Shown one piece after another: positions 1 through 11,100 of a stretch of 64,000 nucleotides of DNA. Under the pieces are notes generated by a model. The model was not told the DNA's origin and did no database searches. It saw only the letters and a list, made by a program, of their open reading frames with translations. The position numbers were made by a program, and so were the translations under genes. This DNA is from Takakia lepidozioides. Its lineage: Eukaryota; Plantae; Bryophyta. Location of the stretch: NCBI GenBank assembly GCA_030704615.1, contig CM060731.1:34100001-34164000 (forward strand), read 5' to 3'. How positions within the stretch are numbered: position 1 is the stretch's first letter; each line of letters starts with the position of its first letter.

Positions 1-623
1 ACAACAGGCCATGCTAGCACAACATCTTATAGCTCAAAGATACTTTTCAACCGTAGTTCAGGAGAAGGCAGGAGCGTACATGCTGTCAGGCTTGCGGGGT
101 ATGGTGATCTCCCACACAAACCAGCTGGAGAGAACAGCTCCCGCAATGTTTCCTCTTTCAACTGCAATAATTGCGCCAAGGGACCAGTCAACCCCTCCAG
201 GACAGGAAGAGGAGAACAGAGACATTAACCCACATCAATTGCAAACAATACTTTGATTTACTTTCAAGAATTGCAGTACCTGAAACGGAAGATTACGGAC
301 AATGAGTCGCCACTTTTTAAATCGTGAACCCTGTGTTTGCCAACTTAGGCCATTATCTGTAACAACACCCACAACCTAGATGTTTGCCTGAATCTCTGCT
401 GGCAGAGAAGTCTTCATTCATCGCCTCACCATTGACAGCATCATCTACTCCTAGCATATTTGCAACCAAGCACTGACAAAGACACTGTGAAGGCACGATT
501 TAAGTGATGCTTCCTCAACATTCAGAACCATGCTAATTGATTAAGATTATAAGAAGGAATTAAGCATAACAAACTATTGACTCGGAACTCATAAAAGCTT
601 CAAGCACACAAGTCTTGCATAAG

Positions 624-1000
624 TCAGAAAGAACCATTTTTCTTAGAGGGGCACAAGAACTGCTCCTACCATTTCACGCCCAGTTCCTTCTTGCTCACTC
701 AGTGTCCAATCCTACGAGCTATCAGACTAAAAGAAGAGAGGCTCGGAAGAAGACAAGTCAGAAAGGGATTTCTATGCTCAAACCATCTCTCTTCTTGACA
801 GAAGCAGCACTCATGATAATCAGTGTCCAGAGAACTGGTTCCTCTTACCCTCCCCTCAAATATGATAGTATTGGCCTAGATAAAAAGAGGCCTGAGAGAC
901 CAGGTCAGAAGGAGGTTTCTAGGGCTCAGCCATCTCCACCTTGCACAGGCACCAAGTAAGGCCCTACACACCACAGCATTTGGTTTCTTTTGCATCCATG
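624..1000 (-). pseudogene. Three degenerate older copies of the snoRNA-like repeat unit
   Basis: (a/g)gtcagaa..ttct(a).. starts at 624, 758 and 905, with guide remnants gcccagttcc (~678) and tcagtgtccag (~820). Box C has decayed. Counterparts lie at 12504-12663. Confidence 0.5.
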
Positions 1001-1019
1001 AAAGTAGGACGCTCAAGGT

Positions 1020-3093
1020 CTTTTCCATGGAGTTTGCAAGGTATTTGGGAGGGTTAAGACTGGCTGCTCAGCTGCTCCCGAACCTGTTCTCATGGCCTAC
1101 TCCAAAATCTCCAAACTACAGACACAAGCAGCGCACACAACAGGGCTTGTGGATTGAGGGTTGGTCCAATCCTCCTTCGCTAAAAGAAAAACTTATTGCC
1201 ATGCCACAAGACAGATCCACGGAGCCGTGCTGGCATGAGTTTTTTGAAGATCCTTCACAAAGGTAGGACAACTGCAATGGCAAGGTGTGGCTTTCTTAAT
1301 GTATAACTAGGGTAGCCTGTGCGGTTGGCCCAAGTGTCGAGTGTCATCCAAGTCCAAGTGCAATCCCCTATGTATCCAAGTGCATCTCCTATGTCGGGGC
1401 CATGTGCGAAGAACTGAAATCGATATACTGCGATTGAGTAGTAATATATCCAATCGTTGTTCCAGGAAAGCCCTACCATTTGCTCTTTCACGAATTTCCA
1501 GCGACCAAAAGCACTCGAAATCCCATATCTCCCACATCGCAGGTCCAAAAAATAGGAGACCAAGTCGGTGCACCCCTCCTCATCGAGGGCTTTCCAACGG
1601 TACCAAGCACCAGGGCTGGGGCCCCGCGGTTCGGGAGATCTCAACGCTACACAACAAAACGAAACAAACAAACAAACAAACTACCTTGCTTCATATATTG
1701 ATATGAAAAAGTTTGTCTGTTCTGCAAACATGGGCTCTTCCTGTCAGTATCATGATTTGTTCTTTTCCGTGGTGTTTCAAAGGTACTTGGGAGGGTCAAC
1801 TTGGTCTTAGGAGGCTATGTGTAAATCTATGGCTGCTCAGCTCCACAGACCAATCCGAGATCAAACACCAACTTGGTCTTAGCAGGCCGTGTTTCAATCT
1901 CTGCATGCTCAGCTGCACCGTGGTGGTTCTCACAGACCAATCCGACATTACCTGACTACAGACACAAGCAGCACACACAAGAGGTCCTTCTAGGTTGATG
2001 GTCGGTCAAATCCTCCATGGGTCATGACACAAGGTCAAGGACAATGTGGTGAGGGCACCTTCTTATTCAACCTATTTCAGCCTGTTTTGCCCTCTCATCA
2101 GACTCGGCCCTCAGATGCATATTGAATTCTGTAAGTTAGCTCGTTGGGTGGATCTGTGGAGGTTTGAAGTGACCTTGACAAGTTACTGCCCATGTGGCAG
2201 CAGGAAAGTATCCCAAAACAGATAACAGATATGAGGAGAAGCTTTGGAATGACCACTTTCCCAATCAAGAGGTCCCTTGGGTTGATGGTTGGTTGAATCC
2301 TCCTTGGGTGGGAGAAAAGCTAGCTGCTTTAAGGACGCAAGAATTGGGTGAGGGCACCTTCTTCAGCATATTTCAGCAATTTTCCCTCTTACAAGGTTTG
2401 ATTACATGGAGCAAAGGATGCGGGAAAGGTTAACGCCCAACTACATCACAATTGTTTGCATTTGCAATGCATGTGTGAGCCTGGCAGACCTGGAAAAGGG
2501 CAAAGAGGTCCATGGTGACATCGTCACAGCTGGAATTGTGCAAGATGTCATTCTGAAAACTGCACTTGTGGACATGTAGGCCAAGATGCGGCAGCATCCC
2601 AGATGCGCAGGGGGTGTTCGACAAGATGGCTGAATGAAATGTGGTGTCATGGAACGCAATGATCACAGGATATGCACAGCATGGGTGTGGGATGGAGGCT
2701 TTGAAGACCTATGAGCAAATAAAGTGGGAAGGGGTGAAACCAAACCAGTCACGTTGGCTTGCATTTGCAACGCGCATGCTAGGCGTGCAGCCCTGCAAAA
2801 GGGCAAAGAGGTCCATGGTGACATCGTCAAAGCTGGAATCGTACAAGATGTCATTCTGAACACTGCAGTGGTGGGCATTTATGCCAGACACCATGACATT
2901 GAGGATGCAAGGGGAGAGTTTGACAAACGAGATTTGGTGTCATCGAACTCAATGATCGCAGGATATGCACAGCATGGGTGCAGGATGGAGGCTTTAGAGA
3001 CCATGAGCAAAGGATGTGGGAAGGGCTGAAGTCCAACCGGGTCATGTTGGTTTGCATTTGCAATGTGTGTCAGGCTGGCAAAGGCAAAGAGGT
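1020..3093 (+). pseudogene. Duplicate, internally deleted copy of the PDF-PPR pseudogene
   Basis: Same motifs as 12670-15695, but the equivalent of ~13870-14995 is missing (junction at ~2392). Confidence 0.75.
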
Positions 3094-4250
3094 ATCTCAC
3101 TCAGGAACACAAGCACTGCTTGTGCCACTCGGTGCCCAGTTCCTTTCATCATTCCTGAGGCCTTCCCTAAGGAGCAATCTAATCAAGTGTTAGTCTAGAA
3201 CCAAACAGGGCTAAAAGACCGCTAAGTCAGACAAGGGTTTTCTAGGCCCAAAGCATCTCGCTCATGGATACAAGCACTGCTCGTGCCACTCAGTGCCCAG
3301 TACCTTTCATCATTCATGAGCCCTTCCCTACGGAGAAATCTAATCAAGTCTTCGTCTAGAACTAAACGGGGATAAAAGACCACTAAGTCAGAAAAGGGTT
3401 TTCTAGGCCCAAAGCATCTCGCTCATGGATAGAAGCACCACTTGTGCCACTCGGTGCCCAGTGCCTTTCATCATTCCTGAGCCCTCCCCTAAGGAGAAAT
3501 CTAATCAAGAATTAGTCTAGAACCGAAGGCTAAAAGACCAGTAAGTCAGACAAGGGTTTTCTAGGCCAAAGCATCTCGCTCATGGATACAAGCACTGGTC
3601 ATGCCAGTCAACATTCTTGAGCCCTACCCCAGGGAGTCCGTTCCAACAAGTGTTAGTCAACAACTAGAGAGGTGGGAAAAGCACTTCTAAGTCAGAAAGG
3701 GGTTTTCTAGGCCCAAAGCATCTCGCTCATGGATTCTAACACTGCTAGTACCACTCAGTGCCCAGTGCTTTTCATCATTCTTGATCCCCTTCCCCAAGGA
3801 GTCAGTTCCAGCAAGTATTAGTCCCACAACTTAAGATGAGCACTTCTAAGTCAGAAAAGGGTTTTCTAGGCCCAAAGCATCTCGCTCATGGATACTAGCA
3901 CTGCTAGTGCCACTCAGTGCCCAGTGCTTTTCATCATTCTTGAGCACCTACCCCAAGGAGTCAGTTCCAGCAAGTATTAGTCCCACAACTAAAGTGGGGG
4001 GCGAATGTACTTCTAAGTCAGGAAAGGCTTTTCTAGGGTCAAAGCATCTCGCTCATGGATACAAGCACTGCTAGTGCCACGCACTGGCCAGTGCCTTTCA
4101 TCATTCTTGAGCCCCTACCCCAAGGAGTCAGTTCCAGCAAATATTATTCAACAACGGGAAAAAGCACTTTTAAGTCAGCGAAGGGTTTTCTAGGCCCAAA
4201 GCATCTCTCTCAGGGACACAAGCCATGCTCATGCTAATCCGTGCCGAGTG
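3094..4250 (-). ncRNA. Duplicate copy of the box C/D snoRNA-like array
   Basis: Appears identical to 15696-16852. Units at 3227-3313, 3388-3474, 3546-~3614, 3692-3778, 3851-3937, 4018-4104 and 4175-~4250, plus a partial unit ending at 3152. Confidence 0.72.
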
Positions 4251-5177
4251 AATTCAAACTCAAAACACCCAATGAACAACCTGGGTTCATGCATACATAC
4301 TGAGTAGAAATCAGCCCCAGCATTGGAGTCATATCTCATGGAAAATCCAATGTCGTTTTTTATCCCAAGAACTTGTGGAAAAACTCCATGATGACCTGAC
4401 AATTCAAACTCGCAGCTATAGATTTATAACTTCGGGTCTTCTGGAAGACCTAAGGAGGTCTGCCACCTAAGGGGCAGATTAAAGACACTTGATTACTGAT
4501 AGAAATAGTTGAAACAATTTTCCTGCTTGACAGAGGTTGGGAGGATAGAATACCTCGCCACCAAGTTGGCGGGCCCAGACAACACCCCCTCCAATTGGCT
4601 GTCGATGAAGAGCCGCAACAGCCTGGTATGCTGCCTTCACAGATCCATACACAATTGCTGCAGCCATTTGCTGGGAAAATGGACTGGCTGGGAGCCACCC
4701 GTATGGAAATCTAGGGCGTTCTTTGAGAAAGGTAAGATGCAAAACCTCTTGGCACGTTACTTGTTCACTTCTCGGTTGTTCACAAACACTGTGTTGTAAT
4801 ACATCACGTAATTTTTGCAAGTTGAACAAGCATTGCAGAAAGACAGTCAGATATACAAGCTGAGAATCTATACACTGGCATTCCTTGAAAAGGACAATGG
4901 GAGATAAGATTCTTCATCCTTTGGTGACTCATGTTCTTGACTTTCTCAATAAATTATATGAAAATGCTTTAGGCCTCTCCTTTGACATACATGTCTAGTT
5001 CTTGGCAAACCTGGAGTAAATGAATCACTAGCCTGACGAAAGAATTCACCAGATAACTTCAACCACACTCTACAGATGCCAACATTACTTAACATAGAAG
5101 CAATGAAAGGATTGACTTGTGCTTCACTAATTTCTACTTACTGACCAAACACCTAAAATCTATCTAAAATCTTGCAA

Positions 5178-8100
5178 CTATTCAAACCATCGTTGCAAGT
5201 CTCCACTGGCCTTCCCACCAGCTTTACCCATAGCACTGGCCTTACTTGTCCCTGGTGAATTAAAGTACTTGGCACGATACTCAGCCACGAGCCTGTCCAC
5301 ATTGTCTTCACCCCTTGAAGCAGTACCACTTCCACGCAGGTGTTTTCTCTCACGTCTTGTCGTGGCCGCAACAGCATTAGTAGAGACTGCTCCAATGGTT
5401 TGATTTTGCATATTCTTTCCTCTCTGCGGTTTTTAAGAAAAAACCAACCCAAAGGAAAAGACTGGTCAGCTAATATTTCTGATATCAAGCACAATTGGGT
5501 AGAGTCAGAATATTATCGAATGTTTCATACAAAAAAGTTTCAGGAATACTCGGAATTTTCAGGATTGGCCTTTCCACCACAAACAAGTGTGAACTATACT
5601 GCCACAATCTCTCAGGAATAACAAAAACTCAAATGATCTGATTACTGTACTCTACCCGATTGTTTACCTGCAACGAAGGGTATTTTCTTGAGGGAGATTT
5701 CTGCTGCCGGCTGTGTGCATCTACTGTTGCCTCCTTTCTCGGTTTTCTGGCTGTGAAAGACATGGACTGCCTATCACTATTCCCACCAGAGCCAAAACCG
5801 ATAGCACGAGTACTCTGTTCCTCCCCACGGGAGCCCTGAGAAAGGTCCATTTTGGTCGCTTCAGGCCTATTGCCCTGTCTCTTCTTCACTCTTTTGTTCT
5901 CTTTAACGAGTTCAGAGTCTGCATTGCCTTCCACTTGTGTGACAACATCCTGGTCGGCAATTTTCAGAGGACCCTTTTTGTCTCTTTTCCGCTTCCCAGA
6001 CCTAGCTCCATTCTCCTTCTCAGTGTTGCCAGCAACTTTGATGCTTTCAACTGCAGCTCCACCTCCCTTCTTTAAAGAGTTCTTTGCACGGACTCCAGTT
6101 TTCTCTGCTGCATTACCTTTTTCCTCTTTACGCTCAGTTTTTGTTTTCCTTTTCGATTTCCCCGGATTTTCTCCATCACCTCCCTCCTCCACGCCTTTGT
6201 TTTGCTTGAACTTCTTTGCGGAGCCGCCTTTTGCCTGAGCTACCCGCGCTGCCCTCTTTCTTAGGATCTGGAGATTCTCAATTGCAAATTCCACAATTGG
6301 GCGATGCTCAGGTCCAAATGTTTCTGCAATAACACATGGATTCCCAATGCCATTCACACAATGTGATCATAGACACTTGACCACTTTCACGTTCTTTCAT
6401 GTTTCTGTCTCCTCAAAAGTCTATGACACCAAACCAGACCAAAAAGTTTGACAACACACACATGACCCAAGGTACAGGCCAATAGAGGGTTAAGAAGGTC
6501 ACTGAGAGCCTGCGGTAAGTGGAAATAAATATGAGCTTGCACATAATGGACCTTCACATAGAATTTATCACATGGAGGCTATGAGGAAAAGCAGAATTGT
6601 CAAATATCACAGTAAGGATGTCAATTGGGATTTGGGGGAGGAAAAAAAGAGATAAACAAGAGAAACATAAAGAAGAGATACCCGGATTGTTGTTAAGAAC
6701 TCGAAGGGAAACAAGTGCATGCTGGTGCTCAGTGAACTCCACAAAGGCAGCCCCCCTTGACTTCCCACCACTACCTGGCATCCCCTTTTCGTTGTCCCTC
6801 AAAATTTTCACCTGCCAGCCAGCCAGACATGCCACAAGCGCGGGAAATGGTTGGAAGAAAATAACAACCTCTTCAAAGTCCAGAAAATTTCAGGAAGGGA
6901 AAAGGATGCCAGTTTTTAAGTCGTCTTCCTAACAATTAAATATGTATACTCTCCAAGTCTTGCCATGCCATGACCATAAAGAACATATCTGTGCAAATAA
7001 ATAGGCAGTATGCAGCATACTATCGAAGCCTCCTCTCCATGTAAACTAACTAGAAAGTGTTTGTCATACAGTAGCCTGTCACATTTATTACAACAGTGGA
7101 CAGCGGTGAACCTGTTTGACAACAGGCTGCTGCTTGGACGCTCGAGACACAACAGCATTAAGAAATAGCTGCTTCAGCTCCTTGTCAGTTATATCCCTGG
7201 GGATATTGTGCACTGCTAGCCGTGTGGTTGAAACGTGGAAGTTCGGGCTCCGCAACTTTGTTGCTTTCTCACGTTCCAACCTTTCACACAAATCACACAC
7301 ACCAATAGTCAGTTTGGCTGATACATACACCCATTCTTCAAAGCCCACTCCTGTTCTTTAACTCCCTGAAATCGAGGAGAACAAAAGGAAAAAGAAAAAG
7401 GAGGTGGCATACAGTTGGCGTTTCGTCAGATCAGCCTTGGATACTCCCTCAGCTGCCGGCATGCCTTCCTCTATCAATCCCTCCTGTAGGCCAGGTTCCA
7501 TCACATAATCCATTTATCATCCATGAACATATTGTCAGCGAAAGAAATGTCAACTATAACAAACCTCCCATAATTCAATTTTTAAGTAAGCCCTGGGGCC
7601 CTTCCCCCAATTGAAGGTAAAATTATGGTATGGTACCTTGGATCCTTCTTTGAAAATCTGTTCTTATGAGAAATAGAAAAGAAGGCTGTTGCTGTCAGCC
7701 TCAGGGACAGAAGCTTGAAAGCCATGCTGAAGTCCCTATTTCATATTGACAATTTTCAGAGTTTTCGCAACTGTACTCTGAGACAAGAATGACAGGTTTA
7801 CAGAGATACTGGCCTTGGCAAGCTTTAAGTTCCGGCGATCCTGGTCATCCTGCTGTTTGAAATTTGGCTTCGCTATGTCACGTGCTTGGTCTCGATCAAG
7901 TGCAGGTTACAACCTTCCAGCTTCGCCCGTGCCAGGTTCACATCCACACCACCATTCCTCCTTTGTCATTGTCACTCTTTCTTGCTGCACTTACTATTGC
8001 TTCTGCTCCGTCTGTCGTAGCAAACTCCAGGAATGCAGTGCCTTTAGGCCTCCTGTCAGATTCAACCAAACCATGCCCAAGATAGATGAAAATACAAATA

Positions 8101-11100
8101 CAATAAAAGCCAGAAACAAAACAGTAGAAGGAGAAACCTCCATTCAAAAGCTTACTTGGTGGCCGGGTGGAGCACCATGCGGAATGACCTAACCTCGCCG
8201 AAGACGGAGAAATGGCGACGCATTTCTTGAACATTGGCATCTACTGGCAGGTTCCTGATAAACACAGTCCTTTTCAGACTTTCCTGCCGATCATCCTTCA
8301 ACTTTGCAACAGGGGGTTGAACTCCACCACCCTTTTTGGAAGCATTCTGTACTGACATTGGCACCTTCTCCTCAAGTGAAACTCCCAATGAGGATTGTTG
8401 GTTCTGATCAGGGACCTCCTCACCACTTTCCTCACCTTCCCTGACGGACTGGCGTTGATCCTTAGCAATTTTACATAGAACTCTTTGCACCAAATCCTTT
8501 TCATTGACAGTATCACATGGTTTGGCCTTCTCCTTCTCTTCCTCAGAAATGCTTTCAAAGCTCTCAGACTCATCACTGTCCTTTTCCAAGCCCTTAGCCA
8601 ATTCAGCATCTCTATTGCTATCCTTCTGTGTCTCTTTAGTTCCATCCCTACCCTCAACTTTCCCTTTTTTGTTGACTTTGTCCATAGCTTTCCTGTATGT
8701 TTGGTCGTCATTGTCATCTTCATCTTCACTAGCAGTGTCTTCGTCAGACATGTCACTATCTTTGTGTGTTTTTTCTGTGGGAAAGGCAAGGCATTAGTAT
8801 ACGGAGAACCTGGGTTAAAGGAAACAAACCTCAGGGAATAAGGGAAGGGAGCACAGAGAAATGAAATGAAATGAAATGAAATGGTGCTTTATAACGTCCG
8901 CGGAAAGCTCATAGAGCTTATGGGACAAAATGGAAGAAAACATGAGAGAGGAACAAATCCAGAAACCACAATTAATGTTCTAGCGATTGTCTAAGGGTGA
9001 AGGCCTCGTGCAGGTAGGCTGCCAAGCATTTTTGATCCTCATAGTGAAAGACATCAGTGAGAGTTTGGGTTCCACTGAATAAACAGTGGAATCGCCCACG
9101 GATCTCTTAGTATAGAGGGCAGTAGAAGAAGAAGTTTCAATTTCCTTGCTGCGCCCTATGCAAGCTGGACATAGGCGGTCCTCCCGTTGCAGGTTTTTAC
9201 AACTGCCAGTCTCTATCCGTAGGTGAATTCAAGGTCAGGTGGTGGGGTCAGCTGCAACATATGCCCAACACCAGATATCCTAAGTTATTCGACTCTATAT
9301 CTTGGAAACAGGACCGCCCTGTCAAACAGGCTAAGTCCTGGCAGAAGAGAGTAGAAGAGATCCTCAAGGACCTGGACCTGGATCCGCAAGTCTTGACCCT
9401 GCTGGATAAATCTGACTTAGAGGCTGTAGTGTCCTCAGCCATGTCTGTTGCCATGAGATTGTCTGATGAAAATGAAGTTAGGCAGAAAACTTCCCTGAAC
9501 TTGTTTCCAGTCTGTGACGTGGGGGAGGACATCTTGGATGACCTCAAGGGTCTACCCACTCTCGGCACTAGACTGAAATTTAAACTCAGGGCAGGAAGCC
9601 TACCTTTGAACAGCAAACAGAAGCAGAGAGGAAAGGGAGAGTGCAATTGCCCGTTGTGTGGGCAATCTGAAGACAATATTCATTTTCTGATACACTGTCC
9701 GGGGTTCTCTCACCAAAGAGACGCTCTCTTCAAATCTATTAAGGGAATTGTGCCTGTACCCCTGTTCACCAACTTTGAAAGTCTCGAGGCTGAGCCAAAA
9801 GCCCAGGCCCTCCTGAGGCCTAGTTTTTGGGCAAATCACACACAGCAGATTGATGCTTGTGTGAAGGGATTTCTAGAGGATATCTGGAAAACCCGGATTA
9901 ATTCTTTATATGGAGGTAAGTCTTACTACCAACGTCAGCCCCTGACAGAGGTAGGTTCTGTCCCTTTTGTTCCCGCTCAAACTGGGCGCGGGGTCAATGG
10001 CCACAAGGCTACGGCAAACAACGTCTTATGAGTACAATCTATCCGTAGGTTGTGGGAACCCACCCTGACCCGCCCCAATGCCCTCAGGAGGGAAGGAGAT
10101 AAGGGTGCTGAAAGGTAATTTGGTCTCAAGATTCTATCATCGCGGAGCACCAAGAATGTCTCTCGATAGAAGTGGAGCTTTGTCGTGAGATTTGGTAGCT
10201 TCCAAGTTCTCTTGACATGTAATTCCATAAGCTCTCTCCTAATGAGTCTGTTGCAGTCATGTCTGGATGTGATGTCCACCTCATCTGGATTCATTGGTAA
10301 TAGGAAAGCGGTAGAGAGTCCGTTACGTTGAAATAAACTGTCCACTCGAGCATACCAGGACCTGAAACCTGCAGCTTTGAGCCTCATAGATGTTGTGAGG
10401 GTCCTTGCCACTAGCCCTTTGGGTGGAAGGGCCTGTAATCTATGGAGAAAGATTGTAAGCCGGAAGAGGGCCTCGGATTGCAATGGTACACATGCGAACT
10501 CTGCACCTAGGATCTGAGATGGAGTTGTGCTCCTGGCGCCAAGCATTGCTTGGAGAAAAGATGACTGTAATGGTTCCAAATTCTTTTCCCACCAGGAGAC
10601 AGGGACACCAGAAAGAGAGAGAAATAAAATGAAATGGTACTTTATAACGTCCGTGGGAGCTCAAAGAGCTTATGAGACGAGAGGAAACGAAATGAAATGA
10701 CATGGTACTATATAACGTCCGCGGAAAGCTCAAAGAGGAAGATAGAAACAAGAGAGGTGAGAGAGGAAGAAGAGAGAGAAACCTGGAGCGGCATTTGCAT
10801 CTAAAATAGTCTCATACTTCTTCTTGCCCACAGCCCAGTCCACAGCTACAGGCCTCTTCCCAACAGTCTTCCCATTGACAACTTTTATAGCCTGCAAATC
10901 CCTTCACATCCGTCAACAAATCTCAACTATATTATGGCTTGGAACTTCAACCCCCTCAGAACAATCAAACTACCACATACTCACTCATAAACATGTTTTA
11001 TCTTGCATGCTTGCTGAAGATTTTTTCTGAGATCTTCTAGGTCAAGCTCCTACCCAACCCTCCTGTAGTTGTCTGAGTACATTTACACCTTCCAAACTGT

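Larger units (their letters stand above)
1..4907 (-). pseudogene. Partial tandem duplicate of the RBM28/FUT locus, continuing left of the window
   Basis: 1-~2390 resembles 11885-~13870, ~2394-4672 resembles 14996-17274 (offset 12602), and ~4673-4907 resembles 22612-22842. It contains copies of RBM28 exons at 330-280, 161-80 (1-nt deletion, aaaccagc vs aaacccagc, giving a frameshift) and ~4672-4554. Confidence 0.9.

Noticed and set aside
3094-4250. CRISPR-like repeat/spacer array
   Set aside because: Eukaryotic context with no cas genes. Units are about 160 bp with homologous spacers, and C/D box architecture explains them better.
7903-7947. Pentapeptide-repeat-like insert (VDVNLARAKLEGCNL) in an alternative frame
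   Set aside because: Too short, and it can be derived from the expected GRKLKVVP sequence by small indels.
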